NCBI RefSeq assembly: GCF_006345805.1
Contig: NC_043008.1
Span: 39,990,001 to 40,054,000 of the forward strand
Direction: 5' to 3'
Origin: Octopus sinensis
Lineage: Eukaryota
DNA length: 64,000 bases
Both the position numbers and the translations under genes were made by a program. This document shows, in pieces, positions 24,591-34,162 of the stretch. The notes under the pieces were generated by a model, which ran no database searches, had not been told where the DNA came from, and saw only the letters and a program-made list of their open reading frames with translations. Numbering within the stretch: the first letter of the stretch is position 1; each line of letters opens with the position of its first letter.

Positions 24591-25610
24591 GAGAAATAAC
24601 TACCTTGCTTTCGATATTCTATTTCAGTTTAATTGCTTTAGGTCTTGAAGTTTTCATTGTGAATATGATTTCATATACCTTACCTAAAATGTCACCTCTT
24701 GAGTTACTTTTCTCCATTGAGCAACATTTCAGGCAGATTATAGGCAGAAGAGATCTATGTTTTTTTAATATTTGATCCGACAGAGTTATACCTAATCGTC
24801 CCTGGCGATCAGACATATATAAGTTCGTAGTAACATACCTTTCTGAAAGAATCCAATTTTTTCGAAAGCATTTACGATATTTATAGAAGGTTGAACAAAT
24901 CCGCAGAATCACTGTTGTTTCTCATTGGGATATCTTTCAAAAGATAATAAATTTTCGATTTTGCTGCACACAATTTCTTGAAAACTGCTATAAAATTCAC
25001 CTGTGGTTTACCAGGTGGTCTAAGAAAGTTATAATTGCATAAACATATTTTATGCTTATATGCTTAACATATTAATCGCCTTCTATGCAATGCAAATTTC
25101 CCCATCTTTAAAGAGCTAACATTAGATCTCATTTTATAATAGCTTCTACTACTGAGTGCACGTAGAGCAAGAGGTATTAAGAATGTGAATGGGTTTATTT
25201 TGGCTGTTTATTCTGTATAAAATATATGAAGAGAGAATTATTAATGAGCTTTCTTTGGAATTGTAGCAATCTTCACGTACACGAAGATAGGCACAATGCA
25301 ATATATATTTTATGTAACATATTTGCAACATATTCTAAAAAAATCTTTCGTTGTATAGAATTTTATTTATTCCCACACCATAACTTCTTTAACGTTTAAT
25401 CTATTCTTTAAAACCCTAAAAAATTATATGCACTACATTTTGTTTAAACATATTTCTATGAATATTTCATGTTTTTCATTCATTTACAATTTTTCTATTG
25501 TTTCAAAGAAGTTCAAAACATCGATATAATATTATTCTCCGATTCTGTGAACAATTTTTCTAGTGTCCATTTACAAACGTTAAACTCGTAAAATAGATTG
25601 TATATGAAAG

Positions 25611-25688
<78 letters not shown>

Positions 25689-26884
25689 TTTATTATTCCT
25701 TTTTTGTTATAGAATTCCTGTCAATCACTGAAAACAATTAAATTGACTATTTTCAGTTTTATAGACTCTTGAAAGATATAGTAAATCGATGCACAAATTG
25801 ATATAACATAACTATTAATGTTTCATATGGTTTACTCGTTTATATTTTGCTGTTTCACTCTCGTCCTTTGCATTTCCACTTTATTAGCGTACGAATCGAA
25901 ATATATGGGAAACGTAATGGTAAATTAAATCTATATTGTTTTACTACTTCACTATATCTCAAAATAATCGTTTACGTAATTCTCATGATATTTTTTCTCC
26001 TCAAGTATATACTTTCTTGCTAAATATTAAATGTTCATAATTTCTACCGTGAATTCCTTTGACAACGAAAATACGTGCAACTATAACAGATAAATGTTCC
26101 GAAAAAAATTCATGTAACACATTCATTTATATGACGTACTCTGTATCTAATGTAGCTGTGAAATAGATTACTTTCTCTTTCTGGATAAGAGATGAAATTC
26201 GTATTTTGGGATTTTGGCGATACAAGTCGTGGCTGCGTGAAAGCGCAGGCGTGGTTGTTGCGCAAGAAGCTTGATTTTTAAATCATATGGTTCAGAATTC
26301 AGTTACACAGATTGATGCCTTCAGCTACGACGACCATCTTCAACTACAGCTCCAGACTCGATTTTTTTTCCACGAGAGTTCCGGATCCCAATAACGAACT
26401 CATTTGCATATAGCTAATCAGAGCAGAGCCACCTCTAGCTTTTCTTCCTTTCTAGTCAGCACCATGCATTCCTTACATTTCCCTCTCAACTGGCAGCCAT
26501 TAACATCTCCATCTAGGTTAATGCTTGTTTCATTTTGTCATTGAGCATGAGGTGGATGTGAGGTGTGCTAAAAATAACAGCTAAATAACAATTTCTTGAT
26601 AAATCTTTTAAATTAAATTTTATTTGTCAACATTTCGCTCAGCGATTTAAAACTAACTGTTCTTCTCTTTTAAATTAACATAAATATTTATTTATGCGTA
26701 AGAAAATTATCGGAGGATTTTCATCTAATTTTTCTAAATCTTTCTGTTAAAAATTGTAACGCATTTGAATTAAACACTGTTGGTTGCAAGGTGTGCTAAA
26801 AATAACAGCTAAATAAGACTTATTTACATGAAATAAAATTACAAGCCACATAGCACCTTGTTTACAAATATTCTTTTCTACTCA

Positions 26885-27000
26885 ACTCAAAAGGCCCAAA
26901 ATATTGGGTGAGGGAACCAGTCGATTAGATCGACCCCAGTACGCTACTGGTAATTAAAATCGTCGACCCGAAATGATCAAAGGCAAAGTCGACATCGTCC
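26885..27000 (-). mobile_element. SINE family A 3' fragment
   Basis: gtcgattagatcgaccccagtacg...cgacccgaaatgatcaaaggcaaagtcgac. Confidence 0.8.
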
Positions 27001-27296
27001 GAGTGTTATTTCCGTGCTTTCATATTCGTACAAAACATTATCTTTCATTACTATAGTAATTCAAACCTACCACTAACAAGCGTATATGTTCAATAGCAAT
27101 GATATTGGCATATGAATGAGAGCACAATACAAGATTCGCATGGTAATAGAAGATCGCCAAGGAATGCCAGGGTTTGTTAACTTGGGAAGGTTAAGGTGAG
27201 CTCTGATTGGCTGTATACAACTGAGTACTTTACTGGGGACCGGAACTCTCGTGGGAAAAAATGTCTCGTCCCGGAAGGGGGCTTTATTACAGAGCC

Positions 27297-27327
<31 letters not shown>

Positions 27328-27717
27328 AACGGTCCGCCAGCAAAACCTCACCCTTGGGCTGAAACTAGTATTTAACAATAATTAACGGTACTAACAAGCA
27401 GTACCGGTATGCTAAATATAGTAACACTCTCTGAAGATGAACAAAGAGTATTTCATATTGCTTGAAATCATGGAGATACAGGTATATCTGACTTTTTCAA
27501 TTTTCGATTATTTTCGTCACTGGTACGGGGTTTTAAAATTTCTATTCATTTTCCCGCTTTCACCTTTGTGTTTAAGTGAAATTTTGGGGTTTGCTCATTT
27601 TGAGTGCTACATTTAGCATGCCAGTACTGCTTGTTAGTACCATTAATTATTTATTGATGATTTTTTACCATTATGGGTTTTTACTCGTCACTGATATTAT
27701 TATAAACAATGATATTC

Positions 27718-27772
<55 letters not shown>

Positions 27773-27785
27773 CATGTGAGTGGAC

Positions 27786-28036
27786 AATTTGATTCGGATT
27801 CCATGCTACTTCAACTTTTACAAGGACCAAGCAGTGCCTGTCCCCTAACGGAGCCTATCCGGTATCGGAAGCCTCTTCCCTAACGGAGTGTCTCATCTAG
27901 GAGAGTTTGTCCCCGAAGGAAACCTGTCTCCTCCGGCTGGTGGGATAACTATTCCATAGCTATTCCACCAGCCAGAGGAGAGAGGGTCTCTTAGCGTCCT
28001 GCAAAACTTGAAGTAGCACGGAATCCGAATTAAACT
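27786..28036. mobile_element. ~250-bp foldback element with ~41-bp imperfect TIRs and an internal GC-rich hairpin (27928-27980), between (TA)n tracts
   Basis: Left aatttgattcggattccatgctacttcaacttttacaaggac versus the reverse complement of the right end agtttaattcggattccgtgctacttcaagttttgcaggac. Hairpin ctcctccggctggtgggataactat..atagctattccaccagccagaggag. Confidence 0.8.
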
Positions 28037-28053
28037 GCAATTTATATGTATAT

Positions 28054-28085
<32 letters not shown>

Positions 28086-28112
28086 CATACTTGCATATAT
28101 ATATATAGGTAT

Positions 28113-28982
28113 AAAAATTATATATAAAAAGGGACAAGAACGTGAAATACACAAAGAGACGAACACAAAAAACAGACGGGTCATTTGAAGCCTTTAATCT
28201 TCAGTCAGGAACCGGATCATCATAGCAAATTTCGGCTTATTAATCCTGATATTGCTCCGAAACGGCCAGCCCCAATGAAAAACTAAGCTGCGAGCATTAG
28301 ATTTCTTGGAAAAAGGATCGAATTTCGTTTACATTCGATTGCTTTGCGCCATTGCTTCTGTTGCCAAGCCATCTTTGGCGCGCTCTGTCTCTTTCCCCCT
28401 CTTCCTTCCATCCCCTTTAATTCCTTCTTTCTCTCTCTCTCCCTACTCTCACGTGACCTGGTCAATCCTTGGCACGCTCTGTTTTTTCCACCCTCTTTAA
28501 TTCCTTCTCTCTCTTTCTCTCTCTCTCTACCCTCATGTGACCTGCTAAATAACCAGCCATTCCGCTGGTGACCGCTGCCGGTTCAACATTGTCTTCGTCC
28601 GCCAAAAAGGCATTTTTTCAAAACACGTCTGCTAGATAAGTTAAATTTGTCTAAAGTCTTAAGACACCTGCTGTTGTCCTGTTATTACCATTCTTGTTTT
28701 TATTTTTGTTTTTGTTTTTTGTATTTATATTCGTGTGGCTTCGTCCGTTTTTCTGTCCTTGTTTCGTTTACATTCGATCCTTTTTCCAAGAAATCTAATG
28801 CTCGCAGCTTAGTTTTTCATTGGGGCTGGCCGTTTCGGAGCAATATCAGGATTAATCAGCCGAAATTTGCTATGATGATCTGGTTCCTGACTGAAGATTA
28901 AAGGCTTCGAATGACCCGTCCATTTTTTGTGTTCGTCTCTTTGTGTATTTCACGTTCTTGTACCTTTTTATATATAATTTAT
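28113..28982 (+). mobile_element. Family E non-coding unit 1 with an inverted copy of its 3' terminus at its 5' end
   Basis: 28113-28323 is the reverse complement of 28772-28982. A 17-bp direct repeat tttcgtttacattcgat lies at 28323 and 28762. Confidence 0.88.
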
Positions 28983-29007
28983 ATGTATATATATATATAT
29001 ATATATA

Positions 29008-29763
29008 TTCCGTGTTCGTCCCTTCCTGTATTTCACGTTCATTATATATAAAAACATTCATTCTTATATTATTGCGGCGTTACGTGCACCCCCCCGTTTG
29101 TTTGTCCAATTTTAAACCCTGCACGACTTCTATACACACTGTCTTTTACTACCCGCCATTGCTTCTTCACCAAACTTTTTGGCGCCCTCCGATTCTTCCC
29201 CTCTCTTCCTCCCATCCTCCTTAATCCCTTCTTTCTCCTTCTCTCTTGGTCACTGATTCTGTCCCCTGCCTTCCACCCTCTTTGATTCCCTCTCTCTCTG
29301 TCTCTCTTTCTCTCTCTCCTGCGACCTGCTGCTTCTTCAACCATTCTGTTGGCCTTCGTATCTCGACCAACATGTATCCCCGCTACCGAAACGGTAATTA
29401 TTTCTACGCCAGCTGCTATGTTGTTGTTGTTTGTCTCATTTGGTCTAAAGTCGTATGACAACCACCGTTATATATATTTTGTTTTTTCATTACTGTTTTC
29501 AATTTCGTTTTCGTCTCTTGTATTCACATCCGTCTTGTGCGTTCACATTCCTGTCTTCTACCAAGAAATCTAATGCTTACAGCTTAGTTTTTTTTCTTGG
29601 GGCTGGCCGAGTTGGAGCAAATATCAGAATTGAACAGCCGAATTTGCTATGATGATTCGGTGTCTGACTGAAGATTGAAGGCTTCGAATGATTTGTCTGT
29701 GTTCCGTGTTCGTCCCTTCCTGTATTTCACGTTCATTATATATAAAAACATTCATTCTTATAT
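29008..29763 (+). mobile_element. Family E non-coding unit 2 with identical 62-bp terminal direct repeats
   Basis: 29008-29069 equals 29702-29763. Body and 3' end are homologous to unit 1 (aagaaatctaatgct..cagcttagttttt..ggggctggccg..gctatgatgat..ctgactgaagatt..ggcttcgaatga). Confidence 0.88.
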
Positions 29764-29839
29764 ATATATATATACATATATATTATATATATATATACAT
29801 ATATTTATAAATATATATACATATATATATATATTTATA

Positions 29840-30054
29840 CACGGGGCTAAACATAGAGGGGACAAACACGGACAGACAAAGGGATTAAGTCGATTACATC
29901 GACCCCAGTGCGAAACTGTTACTTTATTTATCGACCCCGAAAGGGTGAAAGGCAAAGTCGACCGCGGCGGAATTTGAACTCATAACGTAGCGGCAGATGA
30001 AATACCGCTAAGCATTTCGCCCGACGTGCTAACGATTCTGCCAGTTCACCGCAT
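29840..30054 (-). mobile_element. SINE family A monomer
   Basis: ggggctaaacatagaggggacaaac...gaaataccgctaagcatttcgcccgacgtgctaacgattctgccagttcaccgc. Confidence 0.9.
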
Positions 30055-30059
30055 TATAT

Positions 30060-30162
<103 letters not shown>

Positions 30163-30944
30163 AATAGATAGATAATATTTATCTCTACTTAAATAGTAGT
30201 GTTCCCTAGGAACCGACGATACTGATATTTGGGATCTTGAAGGACACGTCCTCCGGTTGTGTATTCTGTACACTCTGCACTCGATATACATTACAAGCCG
30301 AGAGAAAACCGCCTGCTATTTTCACCCCAAGACTACCAGTTCTTTCGGATTCAATAATTTTATGGTTACCCTCGGTGATAGTCACACCTCTGCTAGACAT
30401 AGCAATTGCTCACCCCAGCTCACAATATGTAGAAAATAATACACATACAGTCACTGATCTAGCGACAAGCAAATTACCTAGATTTAAATATCTCTATAAG
30501 AGATAAACACATTATTTACACCGAGAAGTAATTTAATTATCGCTACCTAAATACGGGTGTTTCCTAGGAACCGACTATACTGCTATTCTAACTCCAGGGA
30601 AATTTCTTTTGTACATAGAGAACACCTGTGTTTATGTGGTGACAAACATTACTTCTCAGTACAAATGCTGATTTCATCACTTCTAGAAATATTCTTCAAT
30701 AGTTAGTTTGCTTCTTTTATATAGCCGTTCTCTCACCTATATTCCTCTAGTAGTAGTAGTAGTAGTAGTAGTAGTTCCTATAATTTCTCTCCTGACCTAA
30801 TAACCAAATTTTTTGCAAGTGAATTTAGTCGATTATACCACATCCGTAATTGAGAGATATTTACAATTCTGAGCTGTTATGAGTGTTTGAATTCATATCT
30901 TAAAGCTATGAAATACATGAAATAAAGGATATATGTTTGTTTAT

Positions 30945-31365
30945 TACCCACAAGGGGCTAAACATAGAGGGGACAAACAAGGACAGACTGCCGCTACTTT
31001 CTGAGTTCAAACTCCACCGAGGTCGACTTTGCCTTTCATCCTTTCAGGGTTGATTAAATGAGTACCAGTTACACACTGGTGTCGATATAAGTCACTTAAT
31101 CCGTTTATCTGTCCTTGTTTGTCCCCTCTATATTTAGCCGCTTGTGGGCAGTAAATAAATGAGAAACGTTAGCACGCGGCATTTCGTCTGCTGTTACGTT
31201 GTGAGTTTAAATTCTACCAAGGTCGACTTTGGCTTTCATCCATTCGGGGTCGATAAATTAAGTACCAGTTACGCACTGGAGTCGATGTAATCGACTTAAT
31301 CCCTTTGTCTGTCCTTGTTAATTCCCTCTATGTTTAGCCCCTTGTGGACAACAAAAAAATAAGAA
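30945..31365 (+). mobile_element. Two tandem SINE family A units preceded by an inverted copy of the SINE tail (30945-30987)
   Basis: ttattacccacaaggggctaaacatagaggggacaaacaaggacagac is the reverse complement of the following unit's tail; two truncated plus-strand units follow. Confidence 0.85.
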
Positions 31366-32183
31366 ACTACGACATCAGTCTGTTAGAACCATTGTAAACT
31401 GTTTTATCTCACATGCGCATCATAATGAAAAAATATATACATGATTCATAGAACAGAATCGAAGTATGAATGTTATTGTTACTTATCATATAGATAGATG
31501 ACGAATAAAATACTACGTCGCTACAAGCGGGATTCGAACACCGAAATTGGAACGATAAGAATGAAAACTCTTCGGTATTTATTCAATAAATCTTATATTT
31601 CAATCACGAAATCACATTTTGTACTTGTGAAAATAATCTCGGAATGAAGGTGGAAGTTGATTGAAGCGCCTAGCAATTTTAGTTAGTTTCCCCTGAATGT
31701 AATATCATGATAAATAAATAAATAAAATAACTACGTGACAAGGAAATCACATTTTTTTTTCCGTTATTCAAATACTGATAAAGCCGGTTGGCCTATTTGT
31801 GAAATAGTCTTTAGAATATCAATTGATACAAACTGCAGAGGGATGGTGAAATACATTACAGTCTTCTTTAACACTTCTATATTCTGAGCTTAAGATTAAA
31901 TCCGAAGTGTTTGTTCAAATTGTGTTTCTCTGCTGATTTATTTAATCGCACAGACTTATTGAGAGTCAATGTTGGTACTTAAGTCTCTAGAATCAATATA
32001 ACTTATGTCAGTTTATTACGAGTAATTCAGATAACGAGGAATTTAGAAAGAAACACAGAACTAAAAATTATCTCTTTGCTTTTGAAAAAGAAAAATGTGT
32101 AACTATTTTAATGAGAGGAGAAAATACAACTGTTAGAACTTTTAGAAATAACAGTTAAATTACTCGCAAATAAAACCCTATTT

Positions 32184-32615
32184 GGATCTTTTCGGTTTGA
32201 ACGGCAGTTTTTTCTAGCGGTGTCTTATGAAATTGTCACCCATAATTATGACCCTAGAATCGATCTACTGCATTTCAATCTCTTTTAGAGTTATGGTTAG
32301 TTATGGTTAGTTAGGGTTAGGGGTGGGGGAAGGGTATCTTTTTTTCTTCACAAATGTAAATAAACCCATTCTGTTTCTTAAACGAGGGACATATTCATAC
32401 AGCACATAATGCTTTTTAACTCAAAAGACGTCAGTGATTGGTTGAAATTGCAGAAATTGAAAAAAAACAACAAATATCTTACAAACTATAGAATTTTCTC
32501 AATAAAGCCAAGAGAAAAAGATGTTTTATAAACACATTCTACCAGTATACGAAGTTTAGAATTTTTTAGCTACCTAGAAATTATGTTAAAACTGCCGTTC
32601 AAACCGAAAAGATCC
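32184..32615. mobile_element. Non-autonomous DNA transposon (Merlin-like MITE), 432 bp
   Basis: Perfect 28-bp TIRs GGATCTTTTCGGTTTGAACGGCAGTTTT and an 8-bp TSD ccctattt/ccctatta. Interior has ttatggttag/ttagggttaggg repeats. Confidence 0.88.
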
Positions 32616-33170
32616 CCCTATTATATTAATAATAAAAATAAACATTGACTAACATACAATCCTTTTGTCTCAATATCTGAAACGAAATTACAATTGAAAC
32701 TAGAGTTCATTTAATTATATTCTATGCAGGATCAGAGGCAATTAACGTCTAAAATCACGAATGATATTGAACCTAACAGCATTTTCAATGTATAGAATTG
32801 TTAACTAAGTGCTAAACATACACTATTTATAAAAACCTGTGAAGAGCTATGGTGAAGAATACTTCGTTAAAACTAATATGCACCGTGTAGAGTGTGCATA
32901 TGTAGCGTTACCTAATAAGTATGTCACTAGGAATTTAATTCCGCATTGCTCTCTTTGAGGTACTTTCGCGTTGATTTGTTCATAACTTTGGATATAAAAT
33001 GAATTGCATTTTAGTACATTTCTGCCTACCTTTATATTTAAAACCGTCTGAATGATTTTATTATACGGATAGTCACATAAAGTTTCCATGTATTCTACTG
33101 TCTCTCGTGTCGCATTTAGATTTCTATCCGAAACTTTCAATTGCTGGAATCTTTTATATGGAGAACGATC

Positions 33171-33285
33171 ATGCATATTTATATCATAACTTTTATCAAA
33201 AGCTATGTATTTCTAATTCTAATTGTAGTGTATATAACAGAAGTGCAAGTCGGATGCAACTGCAGTATGCTAACATTTCTCCCTG
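33171..33285 (+). CDS. Candidate signal-peptide exon (MHIYIITFIKSYVFLILIVVYITEVQVGCNCSMLTFLP, phase-1 donor)
   Basis: Acceptor-like ctactgtctctcgtgtcgcatttag at 33119, hydrophobic core, CTG|gtaacg donor. An overlapping antisense 109-aa ORF (32847-33176) competes as an explanation. Confidence 0.2.
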
Positions 33286-33710
33286 GTAACGGGAAACAAT
33301 AAATGCTCTGGTGTTTTGAAAGATATCAAACTTTGCCAGTAATATATCATGGAAACATAAATGGGTAAATTCCAAGCAAATTTGTTTGAAGTAAATTCTA
33401 CGCAAGGAACCAAATTACACTACACAGCTGTAGCCTATGCAAAACTGAAATATTCAGATAAAAATTTTGCTTACTGGAAACTGAAAAGATGCTTAAGAAC
33501 AATGAATCTGGGATAATTACTACCAAATACTACATACGTTATTCAACGATCAGAGCTAAGAGAGACAGATTGAAATCTTACCCTTAAATAAATCCTAAAA
33601 TAGCTGATGATCTCCTAGCAAAAGTCAACATTTATATTCGTAGATTTCTCAAAGATATTCGATACTATCAGCAGAAGCATCATGATCATGTTATATATGA
33701 CGTTGTACTA

Positions 33711-33745
<35 letters not shown>

Positions 33746-33775
33746 GTACATACATACATACGTAATATATATTGC

Positions 33776-34080
33776 TGTCGTTGTTTGTTCTTTCTCGAAC
33801 CAGGCCTGGCTCATAAGGGCAGTTCACCCTGTTTCATTGGCGTATAGGCTTCCCACATGGACGGGACGCCAGCCGATCACAGGTGAGCTGCTGGACGCAG
33901 GAAGAAGGAGTGAAAGAATGTTGTGCCGAAAGTGTCAGCAGAAGTTCAACATTATTCTCCTGCGGAGCCGCGTGGAGTTTAGGTCTTTCGCTCATAAATA
34001 TACATTGTCTAGTCTGAGATTTGAACCCGCTATCCCACGACCACGAGTTCACTGCTTTAACCCCTGGGCCATATGCCTCC
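33776..34080 (-). mobile_element. tRNA-derived SINE family C with a V-domain-like core
   Basis: Reverse complement: ggaggcatatggcccaggggttaaagcagtgaactcgtggtcgtgggatagcgggttcaaatctc (A/B-box-like), core ctgtgatcggctggcgtcccgtcca, tail gagaaagaacaaacaac. Confidence 0.78.
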
Positions 34081-34101
34081 ATACAGACACACAGACACAC
34101 G

Positions 34102-34162
<61 letters not shown>

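Noticed and set aside
26561-26816. 28-bp direct repeat aggtgtgctaaaaataacagctaaataa (26561 and 26789)
   Set aside because: Looks like two remnants of a common retroposon tail; no TSD or internal structure supports a discrete element.
27425-27490. CTGAAGA...GAAA as an intact hammerhead
   Set aside because: Stem II is weak and no NUH site with a compatible stem I could be placed.
28885-28920. Family E terminus CTGAAGA...GAAT as a hammerhead
   Set aside because: All copies read GAAT or GCAT rather than GAAA, and I could not form stems I and III. Left as an open question in the family E finding.
32326-32345. Interstitial telomere or chromosome-fusion scar (ttagggttaggg near 32310)
   Set aside because: Only about two units, and they are internal to the Merlin-like MITE.
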